A stretch of DNA of 59,822 bases, taken from NCBI GenBank assembly GCA_009602735.1, contig WELA01002258.1, positions 928,244-988,065 on the forward strand, read 5' to 3'. Source of the stretch: Mesotaenium endlicherianum (Eukaryota). The position numbers and the translations under genes were made by a program. The notes below the pieces were generated by a model. That model was not told the origin of the DNA, did no database searches, and was given only the letters and a program-made list of their open reading frames with translations. This document shows, piece by piece, positions 1 to 12,686 of the stretch. The number at the start of each line of letters is the position of its first letter. Position 1 is the stretch's first letter.

Positions 1-1530
1 TTATGAATCATTGAAGTACAATAATATATAATTGGAGATAAATCAATTATGGACAAAAGGGGAAGATAAAAGGGTCATTAGAGTGCATAAATGATTGACA
101 ATTGGATGTAGAAGAAAGTCACTATGTATTCGAAAAGGTAACTGAAGGTAATATTAATTTAAAGATAAAATAACACAAATAATAATCATTTCTTTGCCAA
201 TAAAAATGACTCGGACCCACGTCCTTTTTTTCATAAAAAAAATACATAAAAATTGCTAAGATCATGTAACCACATGTTTAAAGAAGTTCATGCAAGGTTA
301 TACAACAATTGCAAACGATCGCAAATGTTTCAAGCTGTGAACGCTACTACAAACGTGGACACAACACGACGTCCGAAGTCAAGACTGTGTAGCTGTACAA
401 AACCGGTTATAACGATTTGGAAACCCGCCTGTCCGTCGAACCAGAACGAGAGAATCTGCGGCATCCTGCGGCGATATTTCAAAGGCTGCGCCACCCTGCG
501 TGCTTTTTTCAAAGCGATGCTTGCGTTGCGACTTCTTGCGAACAATTTCAACAAAACGCTGAATGCTGCGGCATCGAAATATGGTCAGGTGCGAGAATAA
601 CAAGGACGCATGCGAGCTTGTGAACGCGGAAGGTACCCGGGAGATCGTCTCATTTGGTCCACGTGACATTGCAAGATGTTGAGATGAGTTTTCCCACCGC
701 GTTGACTCAGAAAGGGTCTTATTCGCCCAATCAAACAACTTTCATGTCACGACTCACATGCACTTCTTCCACAGGGGGTACAAGGAAGATCTAGAGTAAA
801 TCTATATGTACCAATTCATATCAATAATTGTATCGATTGACAAAACAATTCTCCAGTTTCTTCCAAGTCATCTCAGGTCATGCACTTCCAACGTTCTCGA
901 GTCGCACCAAGGTCCGGGAAATTCAACACCGAGTTGACCAGCTGCTCGGGCACGTTCCTCCAGAACCATGAGGGTTTCATCTGGTTTCATCCAGTGGCAG
1001 TATATATTAAGTTCGTGTGAAGCTTTTTGCACAATCGACATCTCGATTACACAGGCTGTTGTTCTGCAGACTGACCCCTGCGAAGGTAACATTTGGCCAA
1101 GAAAGTGACCCGGTGTTCGTGCCCGCAAACAAGCTCTCGGAGACATTCACGACAGCCCCGGTAAGACCTCGACGCCTCCGGTAATTTACAGATGTAAGGG
1201 CGCCATGTCGTCGTTGCACTATATAACCGCAACAACTTGATGAGCTTCATATCGATGTATGGTGTTGTTGGTCTAACATATTTGTCAACAAAAGCGTCAT
1301 CTACAGGACACATATGGGCAGTCATAAACATTATAATGTTGGTAGTCAACGCTTGCAATATGAACCCAGGATGTCATCTTCGCACATGTAGCTGTGCACA
1401 TATGGCTCTTTGCACAACTATGACCAATCAACGTGCTTCATTGCTTACAATATTTTTCATCATTGGCAAGTACTGAGGACGTCTGCGTGACTCATGCAGC
1501 TTGAGGTCATGGCAGGGGCAGTGCTGTTGT

Positions 1531-1565
1531 CCACGTTACTGTATAACTTATCAGCTGACACGTGA
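1531..1565 (+). promoter_or_regulatory. Putative core promoter of the secreted-protein gene (TATA-like TATAAC plus ACGT/G-box elements)
   Basis: CCACGT at 1531, TATAAC at 1542-1547 and CACGTG at 1559-1564, about 50-85 nt upstream of the ATG. Retained at the equivalent positions in copies B and C, including C whose further-upstream DNA is diverged. Confidence 0.4.
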
Positions 1566-1615
1566 CGTTCTAATCGTATGGTGCTCTCAGTGCAGCAGTT
1601 GAACGCACGAAGAAG

Positions 1616-2880
1616 ATGGCTTTGGCGAGTGGGAAAGTGGCGGCAAAGCTTTTCTTTCTGCTTATTGCAGCAGGTAATTGACGCTGTTCTAATAAATTAT
1701 GTAGCTATTTGTGTCCCATTGACGAACTTAAACATGTCTAGGAGTGGATGCCAGAACGCAATCATGATTCAATATGTCTGGGCTGTAGGAGGGTGTTTCT
1801 TTTTGCATCAATATACAGCTATTGTTGCTGTGAATATAGACGCAGGAATACAAACTCTTGCCTCCATTCTACCCAAGATATGAGCTTACTTGCTTGTAAT
1901 TCTGTGTCACCATCGTCATGTCATTGGCAGGCGCGCTTCATGGAGCTCTTGCAAAGAGCAGCGCAGAGGAATGCAAGGATGTCGCGGTTACTTGCCTTAC
2001 AGGCCATAACTGCACCGGTATACATTTTCTACACAACGTTCATAAATTGCAGCACAATAATGCTATGTGTTGGCCACTTACAGAAGTGAATACATGTCGA
2101 ACGTGCAAATATGAGAATGTATGCAGTAAGGCTATCATAACACAAATTTTATTTTTGTGCGTGCTGAATGCTATGGCACCCAGCCATGTATACACATCTA
2201 TTGCTTGGACACTACATGTGCTCATGTGAAAGATCTCCGTCCATTTTGCAATCGAATAGATACCTCCATCTGCCTCCATTCATGCCTGATTGATCCTGTT
2301 TGTTATCAACGTACTGGCAGCGTTCAGCTGCATGATCTGCACTGCTATATATGAACCAAGGCCGGATCTATGTCGTGACATATATCATGTGCGCAGTGGT
2401 AGGGACATCACGTTGAGTCAACTTTGGCACTCATTCTCTTCCGTGATTTCGTAAATCTGAACAGGCGAGACACCCACGCTCAAGATGTGCACCTCCCGCA
2501 CTGCTATCGACACCGACCTTTTGAGGCGCACGGCGGGCACTGCAAAGAAGAAGGAAGCCAAGCGGGTCGAAGTCCAAGAAGTGAAGAGCACCCTGGCTGC
2601 TGCTCGCAGCTTGACCCCACGAGATAGCTGTTACTCGTACTCTGTCTCTGTCTACCTGAGCTCCGGCAGATACCTTTGGTTCTCTCGTCTGCGACTTCTT
2701 CCCAACTATTATGCTGCCATATATGACGTTCTGGATCAGAACTACTACGGGGAAGATGTGGACATAATGTCGGCCATCTTTTACATATCGCGAAGGTCTT
2801 CTGACTGTTACATTTACAAGGCGAAAGCAAGCCGCAGTGGGAGCAGATTCACTCTTTCTGGTACTTATTGCTGCTACTAA
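1616..2880 (+). CDS. Secreted cysteine-rich protein, 186 aa, 3 exons (copy A), unknown family
   Basis: Exons 1616-1673, 1931-2017 and 2465-2880. Both introns are GT-AG and phase 1 (CAG|GTAATT...GGCAG|GC; CCG|GTATAC...AACAG|GC). Splicing gives MALASGKVAAKLFFLLIAAGALHGALA-KSSAEECKDVAVTCLTGHNCTGETPTLKMCTSRT...TLSGTYCCY*, with a signal-peptide-like N-terminus ending ALA. Exon lengths (58/87/416 nt) and splice sites are the same in all three copies, and most substitutions are synonymous. Confidence 0.88.
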
Positions 2881-4369
2881 GGTGTCGGACACAGTTGCTT
2901 NCACAGTTGCTCGCGTCCTAGTTGAGGTCTCGGCCGCAGTGGGACCAAGCTCACCCTTTTCATAAGAGCTTCATGCCGCTTATAAGGAGTCCAATCAAAG
3001 TTGCTTGGATGCAACTTCAGAATCCAGATCTGGCCAAGTCTAGTCTAACGTATATAGGTATTGCAATATCATGTACATTGCCCATGTTGGAGGAAGAAAT
3101 AAAAACATTGCGATTTTGATGATTGCCTCCAGCCCCCCCTTCCAATCTTGATGCTTGCAGCCTGCTGCATTCTCAGATCACGGCAAGCTCTGGAGGACTC
3201 AACATGCCTCGACCCTGTATGTTTTGATTCATGTATGAAGTGCCTACTCAGCCTTTGCGGAAGTTGGGAGCACGGAACTTGGATCATTTTCATGCCACTG
3301 GGCTTTGTATGCCTCGTGAGTTGTTCAGCACCAGTACAAAAGTCAAGAATATAAATTTGCATAGTATCTGTGGTGCATATGACTGACAGTTTGTTGCCTT
3401 AGACTGCAATTCTGTTGCCTCGAAATCCATATTCAAGACACTGCATGCACATGTACGGGCGCATCCTTGTCTAATTTTTTACACCATAACAACCTCATGG
3501 TCAGGTTGTAACAAGTGACACATTACTACTATTTACTGCACACAAGAAGGAGAGCGGCAGCAGCTTGATGGTTTCACCTGCAAAAGTATGATTCTTGCTG
3601 AATTTTGGGATCCAATTGTGCAGCCAACTTGAAACGATGAGTTTCACGACAACTTCACCACGCTCCTTGCATTGTTCAGTAGGAACCCAATTGAAGCAAT
3701 ATTACAGTTTCTAACGCCCGAAAACCACTCAAGCCAAGGCTACGTTACTATTGAATTCAATTGACGGTTGACCTTTGAATTCACTCCAGGAACAACTTGC
3801 CCACTCAATCCTGCACCACAAGGCAGTTTGCACTGCAGCAGCCACACGACCACCCGCATCCCTTTGTCCCCTCGTGCCCTGATGCCCTCCTGCTTTTGTA
3901 CCAAAGCTAAACTACCAAAAAGTGAGCGCCGTACCCCGTCGCATGCGGGCAGCGGTGCACGTGCTTGCCCTTGACGCTCGCACACGTCTGCGTACATGAG
4001 CTGGCTTGGCCTTGCCATACTGCACGGGTGGAAGGCTCTGAGCCTGCAAGTGTAACTTCTTCCACACTTGCACATGTGCAGAAGATCCGGGCATGCACAT
4101 GATGCATGTTCAGCAACAAGGAGGTCGGAGGGAGGCAGGAGAGGGGAAAGGGGGAGAATGGGAGGGGGGGGAGGGAGACCTTATTATGGTGGGCATACAA
4201 CACATACACACTCATACGCATGCGCAGAAGGGGGAGTGTAAACTTCCCAAGAAAACAGTCAGGTGCCCCCACGCTGCATCTATGTAAGGGGCAGCATGTA
4301 AGTTCAGTCTGCCAATGATCATGTGATTTTTCCCCACATAGACAGTTGACCTCATGTAATTTTGCATAT

Positions 4370-6325
4370 GGCTTAACCACGTGCAAGTTAGAGCCGCTGA
4401 GCTGACTTTGCTCTTGCTTTGATAATGGCCAATAGGGCTGCTGGATTGTTAGAATCTTACTTGAGTGCGAAGTATACATGAGAGAGATTCACGTTCGCAC
4501 AAAGTGTGATTGCATGAACGTTATCATCCCCTCAGCTTCATAATATCCTGATTCGAAATGACCAATAAGGCAAGATTGATGTGAACTGTGATAATTGCTA
4601 TTTTCATAGCGCACTCACAGTGCACATGGGAAATACATTCACAAAGTATGTGGCTCTGTATACCATGTCTTTTGCAAGCATTTCTTACCTCAGGATTAAC
4701 ATGGTCCATTTAACAAACCAAATGCACAACCTAAAAAAAACATAGTTGTGTGGCAAGACACTTCTTACAAGACACGTATCAAGTCACTGCATTGACTTAG
4801 ACATGGTCAAATTTACTAAGAGTATATATGCAAAGACTTCAAAGCCCAACTAGCACGCCAATCAAGAGGCTGGCACAGTGTGCTGCGCATGCACCCGCGG
4901 AGTGAAAAACAATTCATCGAAGTTGCTGAATATCTCCAAAAATGGTTAGCGGTAGTACAGTAGGGCCACACTTATTCATATAGTAAAGTAGGAACCTCAA
5001 AATCAAAAATGAGGAAATATTGTTTACTCTGCACGCTGTCTTGCAAGGCAACTAAGCCCTAAGTACAATAATATTAAAAAGGAGATAATGGTTATGCGTA
5101 CAATCATTTAGAGAGTGCTGATGCAATATCCTATAGTAAGTATGAGGTTGCTTTGCAATAATGTGCACGCAACATTACGGCTGCTGCAGCAGTGTCGACC
5201 CTCAACCTGGACAAAAATGTCAGCATGACCACCACTTGATTGGGTCTTTGAATCAATGGCTTCCGTTCTCCCTGCTCTGCAGCTCGCCAAGGCAAGCGTG
5301 GAGCCAAGAGGCCGTGAGGTCTTTCTTGTCATGCCACATCCGCGCATGCCGGCACACCATTTGCAGCTCTGTCCTTGAGCACGTTGCTCTGAGCATTCTG
5401 CTGGATGCCCGGCATCCGCCGCCAGCTGGAGGCTCCTCATCCGCAGCCCGCTCCCTGAGAGAGTCGATGCTGCTGCCGCCTGTGGGAAGGCAGGCTGCGC
5501 AAACCACCACAGGGGTTGATGAATATTAAGCCCAAGAAAGCAGGTGTCGCAGAAAGCTTGAAGGCCCTGACTTACACCTGAACTAATAAATCTTATACTT
5601 GACCTGACCCTCCACCCTGAGAGGTGTCTGCAAAACTAACGAGGCACCAACCTGCCCACGCCCGGAAGCGCATTCAACGCTCAGACCATCAGAACAAGTC
5701 TGGAAGGCTAAACTTCCAACGGTTCACGAGACCCAAATTAGGAGAAGAAAATGCGCGAGCTTGCGCTGCGTGCGTCCGTGCACATTAGCTGGGCTCTGAA
5801 GCAAGGGAGCGTTTTTCAGTGAGAAACAGCATATCATAGCAGGGGGCCACTCTTTACAGCCATGCACAGAGGCAGGGCAGGCGGCCAAGGCTTCAGACCA
5901 GTCGGACAAAGAAGAGACTAACATGAGAGAGAAGGAGTGCACTCATGGGGGAAAAGAAGCAGGGAGCGAGCAAGTCCTGCAAGGTGCTCCAAGGACCCTC
6001 TCTGTCTCCTTTCTTGTTGAAAATTTTGCAAAAGTACTGCGACCACGACGGACAGGAAAAAGCAGCAGCTAGCTGGTGACAGCCAGCAGGATTGGGCAAA
6101 GCATGCAGCAGGCAACGCAGAAGGGCGCAAAAAGCAGGAGGGCACAACAGCAGGAGGGCAGGAATGAGAGAGCGCCAAGCAAAAAAGAAGGGAGTGGAAG
6201 TCAGAGGGCGAGGGCGAGGGCAAGGCGAGAGAGGCCCCCATCCCTCTTTCCCTTCTCTCTCCCTCTCTCCCTCTCTCCCTCTCTCTACCTTTCCCGCCCT
6301 TTCCTCGAGAGAATAATAATGAAAA
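4370..6325 (+). repeat. Direct segmental duplicate of 53420-54960 joined to 59455-59822
   Basis: 4370-5950 aligns with 53420-54960. 5960-6325 aligns with 59455-59822 (e.g. CCAAGGACCCTCTCTGTCTCCTTTCTTG; GTCAGAGGG-GAGGGCGAGGGCAAGGCGA). Confidence 0.85.
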
Positions 6326-7009
6326 GGGGGACAGAGCGCGCGGTGTCTGGCTGCCATGAGCAGGCCAGTAGGCCCTGCAAAGGGGCACCAGCCTCCGGAA
6401 TGCGCAGTAGCCCCGCGAGGGTTGGGAAGGGGCCCGGGAGTGCGGCAGGGGGAGCTGTGCAGAGGACGGCGCCCCGCTGGCGTACTTTTGTGAGCTTGAT
6501 GATGCAGCGGCACACAAGGTCCGTAAACTCAAGGCTGGCCCAGAACGCAATGTACTCCGCGCTGGCAACGTTCTCGGGCGCCACCTGGCAGCGCAGCGGC
6601 CGCAGCAGGCTGATGCACACGCCGAACGACAGCGTCGGATCTGCCATGTCCTGCGTTCCCTAGCGCCGCCCAGCGCCGCCCGACACCTTCAGCATGCGTC
6701 AGAGCCTAGCGCTGGGTCGCTGCTGACGGGTGCTACAGCCTCGCAGGATGGCGCTCCCTACTTGGGGTCTAGGGGTCTAGAGGTCCAGCATGTTGCACTA
6801 CAAGGTAGCAAACAGGGCGCTTGAGCACAGCATTAGCTGTCTGCAAATTGGTCAGAGCAGGCATGTAGGGACGGAGATAACGGGTGTTGCGGCAGCACAA
6901 GCGTGCACGCACACATGCACGCACTCACACACACGCACGCACACAGACGCATGCAGGCTCATACACAGGAACGTGCAGTCACATGAACAGACACGCGCAC
7001 GTGCGCACA

Positions 7010-7074
<65 letters not shown>

Positions 7075-8514
7075 GGAGGGGGGGGGAACAAGAGAGCGGA
7101 GAGAAAGCGAAAGCATATGCATGCCTTCGCTTGTTGAAGACAGCAAGGCGGCGGGCAGCTGGCACCCAAAGCTGCGCAGAGAATTAGAGAGAGAGGGAGA
7201 GAGAGATAGGCGGAGGCAGACTGAGCGAAGAACAGAGACACTTGCCAGGATCTTGACCATGAGGAGATTGCTGGCCTTGAGCAGCGTGATGCTGTCGTCG
7301 CTGCACGTGCTCGTTGAGCAGCAGCATGATGAGCTCCGCAAACAGCTCGCGCACGTGGCCGCGCAGATCTTGCGCACTTGCACAAACTGCCGGACGGCAA
7401 CGACGACGACGATGACGGCAAGGAGACGCGCCCGTGCGCCCGCTGCACGTGCGTGCAAACAATATCACAGCATGGACGGGGACAGGCATGGAGGCTGTGA
7501 GAAAAGTGCACGGAAACAGCAAAGCGCGTACACAAGACGAGTCTCCCATCCCTCTTTCTCTCTCTTTCTGTGTGCCTCCTTTGTCACGACCCAGTTCTAG
7601 AGAGTGCCCACTCTACACGAATATCATTTTACAAGCAGCTTCATAGCAAAGGCTGTGAGCTGACAAAAGCACAGCAAGAATCCAAAATGTCAGTAGAGAG
7701 TTCAAGACCGGCCTCACAAGACTTGCAGTGGAAGTTGTTATTCCCAGCTAGAGGCGTCTGTATTTGTGCACACCAGAGGGCGCGGCTTGAGCACCTTGTG
7801 AGCGCGAAGCAAGAGCACTTCGTTCCCAAGGCACAATGTTTGCCTGTCACCGGGTGGAGGCCATGTCAAACTAGCTGAGGCAAAGCGAGAGACTACTTTT
7901 GTCCTTCACAGTCTAAGGGAGCGTCCCCAGCTGAAAATGAGGAGCAGCAGAATGGCACACAACACGCCCATGGGCACATACACAGGGAGGGCCGGCCGTG
8001 GTGAAATGGGTGTGGGGTNGCGCGCACACGCTCACGCACAAACACAGGCACGAGCACGCGCGCACACGCACGCACACACACACACACAAGCACGCACACA
8101 AAGCCATACACACACGGCCATACGCAAGGATGTCCACCCCCCTCTGACGAGGACACGGGAGACGGGCGATCCGTAGTGGATGCTCGACGCTCAGACGGAG
8201 TACACAGCATGAAGGCTCCCCCTTCCCCCAAGAGAAGCAGGGCAATCAACAGGCTGGCAGGAGAGCTCTTTGTGCACACGCGTTATGCGGCAGCAGGGTC
8301 GGCTGAAGGTACGGCAAGGACTGACATATACGACTGCGCTCGTGCGTGCGCCTTCACCTTCAAGCATTGAGCCCGAGCTTGACGGCCTGGATTCCAGAGC
8401 CCTGGAGCCCAGAAGGAGGCGCCTAGAGCCCAGTAGCCTAGAGTTTAGAATGTAGCACCTAGAGCCTAGAATATAGACGCCCCAAACGCCACCAAAGTCC
8501 AGGCAAACGGCAAA

Positions 8515-8556
<42 letters not shown>

Positions 8557-8925
8557 NNNNNCCCCCCCCCCGCCCCCCCACACTTGCCTTGTAGCTAGTT
8601 CCACAGGAGTGGGGAAGGCACTACTAATGCCACCAAGAGAGCCCGAGTCTAGGCACTGGAGGTCTGGAGGGAGCCCAGGATGGAGGGAGTGAGGAGGAGG
8701 GGAACGAGCAGGAGAGGGGGGGAGAGGAGCAGGGAAGGAAGCCAGGTACAAAGAAGAAGGGACAGCGCAGTAGGGAGGAGAAGGGGAGTGGGGGGTACTC
8801 ACCCGAGAGGTGATGATGGAGACGACGCGATCGGTGTCGTGCATGCACTTGCGCCACGCCGCCACGTTGCCGTCGTGCGCCGCCGCGTGCACGTCCGTGC
8901 ATACGTTCTTCACCCCCTCCACGAA
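5253..8925 (-). pseudogene. MOR1: Decayed partial duplicate of MOR1/XMAP215 (C-terminal exons)
   Basis: Exon-like blocks with splice sites: 8925-8803 (FVEGVKNVCTDVHAAAHD...DRVVSIITSR), 7386-7246 (VRELFAELIMLLLNEHV / DDSITLLKASNLLMVKIL in different frames, GC donor), 6650-6486 (DMADPTLSFGVCISLLRPL...FTDLVCRCIIKLTK) and 5479-5253 (terminal exon, internally frameshifted). These match plant MOR1 motifs as I recall them (SVEGMKVVCHEL, LITELLLWLLDERV, SFVVLISLLRPL, FSDLVVKCLIKLTK). Five exons present in the 54-59 kb copy are missing. Confidence 0.8.
6990..7086. repeat. Compound (CA)n(GA)n microsatellite in an intron of the MOR1 pseudogene
   Basis: Directly visible. Similar CA/GA tracts at ~8020-8115, 8990-9035, 56910-56980, 57510-57570 and 59300-59355. 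Confidence 0.95.
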
Positions 8926-11900
8926 CTGATGGCCGCCCCCGCCCGCACGCACGCATGAGCACGCCCACACGTGCACGTGCACGCATAATATAAGCACGCA
9001 CGCGCGGACACACACACATATACACACACACACACAAGAGGCCCGCTCATCCGCCAAGCGCCGCCAGCCTGCTGATCTGGTGTGTCCGCCGTTGGCCGAG
9101 GAGCGTGTGCGCGCTCACACACGCTGCACGCATGCACGCGCGGCCTCAGGGATGCGACAGGTGGCGCTCCAGGCCTTGCGCAGGTGGGCAAAGAGGTCGT
9201 GGGGTGAAGGTGACTGCGCCGATTGCGTGCAGGTCCAGCAGATGTGCCGTCCTGTATGACTGTTACCCACCTCCCACCCCAACGTTGGCGCTGTTTCCTC
9301 TGTTTCTGGGGCTCTCCCGCTTATCCCATCTCCAGAACCCCTGAAGTGAGCGTCGGTAATGGAGTGAGCTGCCTCTGCCGCTGCCATTGCAGCACAAGGG
9401 AGCAAAAGCAAGAGGGGACCCCAACCGGACTTGCACAGTCGAGCTAGAGCGCTTCTGTGCAGAGACGTGCTTCCCGCTACTCGGTTACTTGGAGGCTTGC
9501 GGTCGTGGCTGCCACGTGTCTGCCACCTGGCGCCGGCGACGGCCTCCCCCAAAGCCAGCAGGCAGGGCACCAGCAGGTGGCGCACGCTGAAAGCCGCCTG
9601 GCTCCTCCTCCTTCCCCTCCTCCAGCTCGCATCTGCTGCAGGATTCAGCCACGTGGCGCACCCTCCTCCCAGCGTGCCATGCATGGCTAGCATGGCTGCC
9701 CACAATGACCTGCGAGCCTGCATCCCCAAAATTCCCAGAGGGCTGCATCATACTCGGCCCACATGGGCCCTTGATCCTGCTTGAAAAGACGTGCCAGATG
9801 TGAACCATTCGGATCCTTGCTGAAGCCCTGGGGCCTGCACCGTAACTGGCCCAGTTGGGACCGCTTGCTGAAAACTGAAGGGCAGGGCCACGGCTGGCCC
9901 GCCCACTTGGGACCGCTTGCTGAGCCCTGAAGGGCAGGAGGCAGCGCTCCCCAACAGAGGACCCAGCCAGGAGGAGGAGGAGGAGGAGGAGGAGGAGAGC
10001 CCACATTTGCAAAAGAGCACCCCTGCGGGGCACGGGTGGGACGCTCAAGCCTCACAGCACACACCACAGTGGGATACGCAACAGCCTAACCCCAGAACCT
10101 GAAACCAGTAAGGCTACATGGCCTCGAGGACAACCTGACATTGTCATCTGCTTGCTGCTCGGGAGCCCGTTGTGCCACAGCGCCCGTGATAACCAGCACC
10201 AGGTCTCGCCTTTAACTCAAACTAACCCCTCTAGCCTCACTTGAGCCCCCAAACCCTAGACCCCTCGAGCACCTGACACTCCCGTCGTGCCGTGGGCAAA
10301 CGGTGGCCTCCACCCATGCCCCTCCTTCTCTCAGGCTCTCAAGCTCTCAGCCTGGGGATCAGGGTTGTTTGTTTGCAAGGTGTAAGGCGGAAAATGTAAG
10401 AGAAAAAAGAAGAGGCCTATCGAGAGAACCACTACACTTGCAGATCTCGCATTAGAGCTGCTGAATCTGAACATGCTCCGCTGCTGGCTGTGGCCGTGGG
10501 GTAGGGCAATGGAATGGGGCATCTGGCATGCGCGGGGGGGGGCAGTCCCGGCCGGCTGCAGCCCGCAAGAAGGTGCCACAATCGGCTGACAGCTTTTCCA
10601 TGTGCACATGTGCACACATGCAAGGAGGAGACCAAAATCCTGTCAATTTGTATGTGATATGTAGTTTTATCTCTTTTTTTCTCAAAGGCGCATGGAGCCA
10701 GGTGTAGCCAGGTTTAGCATGTCCAGTACTTTTGTCTAACTTTGACCCTTGTAATTAATTTTGCCTGCTAATCAAAGCTGGTGAAAGCTGGTGACATCTA
10801 CAAGGAGGTCAACGCTAGCTAGGCTGTCCCTCATATTCGACCGCATGCAGTAGCAATGCACTACTTGTGCGATTACAAATAACAGCGACCAATACCAGCT
10901 ACGGGTCCCACCCCACAGACAAACATGTGCGACACCTTCTTGCATTCAGATTACGTTCGAGTATCTTTAATGTACAAGCTCGATCTTCATGCCAGGCCCC
11001 TTCAATCCTTTTACGTCAAGAACACTTTGTTCAGTCGACTGCTTCAATTGAGGCGAACTCGACATCCTGTATAATGTATCGGCTCGATCGAATATTAAGT
11101 GGAAGATTAAGCAGTCACAGGCATGAAAAACCGTCAGACGAGGATGCTGATTGACACCCTATGTGCAAAATACGAATGCCAGTGCTTACTGCCCTGAAGC
11201 CGTTGTCGAGATTTAAGCATCTGCAGATTACTGACGATCGACTGTGCTGACGACTGTGTCAGACATGTCGCTTATGGAGGAAACTTCGTATCGGAGCTGC
11301 TTTCAGATTTTCTTCAAGCCTTGGCACATTATTAAGCATGCCGCCTTACTCCCAGTAGAGAATGTTCCCTTTTTTGATTACAACACGCGATACCATGTCT
11401 AAACACCAGGTTGCCTTTAGATATCCGTGGATTCTCTTTACAATAAAAGGCCTGCAGAAAGTTGTAGCTTAGCTTTCAGTACTTGCGATCAAACATGTAC
11501 ATCTATTGTAGCTTAAGTGGGTATAAAAGTCGCTCATTATTTACATATCTCCAGTATTCTGGCACATATATATGCCACGCCCTGCAGCCAGTGCCGTCAT
11601 GCACAAATCAATTGTGCGGTCAATTCAGGATGGCACATGGATACTACCTAAGCTGCTCTTCGAAGAGCGTACTGTGCTGGCATTCTCCAGCTAGACTAGC
11701 TTTGAAATACTCAAATCTTACCAACAGTCCTTGTCCTGCCGCAGAAACCATCTGCCAGAAGGACTCATCTATCATGGCAGAAGAGATTACAGACAATCAA
11801 CTCAGCACCCCACTATCGTGTCCCCCAACGCTGTGAACCAACCAGACTGGCCCGGCATGCATGGCCTGGCAGGAGAACCCTGCCTCCCTCCAGCTAGCTG

Positions 11901-12270
11901 CCGAAAGGGGCAGCCAGTGGCATGAGGCACGCGCGCAGCCTTTGCACTTAGTATTGCATTTGCGCACCGTGCAGGGCCCAGAGCGCTTCAAAGCTTCAAT
12001 TTTCACACCCGCGTTGCCAATGGGCTCCTCAGCATGCGCGCAGCCTCTGCTGTTTGGTACGCTCCATGCAGGGCCCGGGGCCGCTCTTGCTCTAAGGCTT
12101 CAGAGTTGACATCCGTATTGCCGATGGGCTCCTCCTGGGCGGGTGAGCTCAACGTGGTCGTCTTGGCCATTGGAACCTGCAATAGGGACCTACCAGTTCT
12201 AAAATGTGCTGCTGCAGCAGCTGCGCGCGAGCCTGATTGTCCGGCAGGGGAGGGGGACGGGGAGGGGGAG

Positions 12271-12686
12271 NNNNNNNNNNNNNNNNNNNNNNNNNNNNNN
12301 NNNNNNNNNNNNNNNNNNNNNNNNNNNNNNNNNNNNNNNNNNNNNNNNNNNNNNNNNNNNNNNNNNNNNNNNNNNNNNNNNNNNNNNNNNNNNNNNNNNN
12401 NNNNNNNNNNNNNNNNNNNNNNNNNNNNNNNNNNNNNNNNNNNNNNNNNNNNNNNNNNNNNNNNNNNNNNNNNNNNNNNNNNNNNNNNNNNNNNNNNNNN
12501 NNNNNNNNNNNNNNNNNNNNNNNNNNNNNNNNNNNNNNNNNNNNNNNNNNNNNNNNNNNNNNNNNNNNNNNNNNNNNNNNNNNNNNNNNNNNNNNNNNNN
12601 NNNNNNNNNNNNNNNNNNNNNNNNNNNNNNNNNNNNNNNNNNNNNNNNNNNNNNNNNNNNNNNNNNNNNNNNNNNNNNNNNNNNNN
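12271..12686. other. Assembly gap (N run)
   Basis: Run of N. Other gaps at 56292-56506 and 8557-8561; single Ns at 2901, 8019, 20604 and 28616. Confidence 1.

Larger units (their letters stand above)
597..4285 (+). repeat. Left arm of a long inverted duplication (pairs with ~13590-16790); also homologous to 50850-53400
   Basis: The reverse complement of 13590-16790 aligns by eye. It is near-identical over ~860-1600 and ~2290-3270 and more diverged with indels over 3300-4285. The ORF track shows mirror-image ORFs. Confidence 0.9.

Noticed and set aside
253..600. 115-aa ORF at the window start
   Set aside because: Non-ATG start in the track, no recognisable motif, no splice or paralog support.
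6790..7600. Overlapping His/Thr- and Cys/Val-rich ORFs (also 7893-9057 and 58788-59683)
   Set aside because: Translations of CA/GA microsatellites and GC-rich intron sequence. Only the embedded MOR1 exons are supported.
8395..8475. CCTAGAG-type heptamer repeats resembling degenerate telomere repeats
   Set aside because: Too short and degenerate to call an interstitial telomere; low-complexity intron sequence.
9845..9940. Direct repeat GCCCA-TTGGGACCGCTTGCTGA...CTGAAGGGCAGG considered as CRISPR-like
   Set aside because: Only two units, eukaryotic context, no cas genes; an ordinary local duplication.
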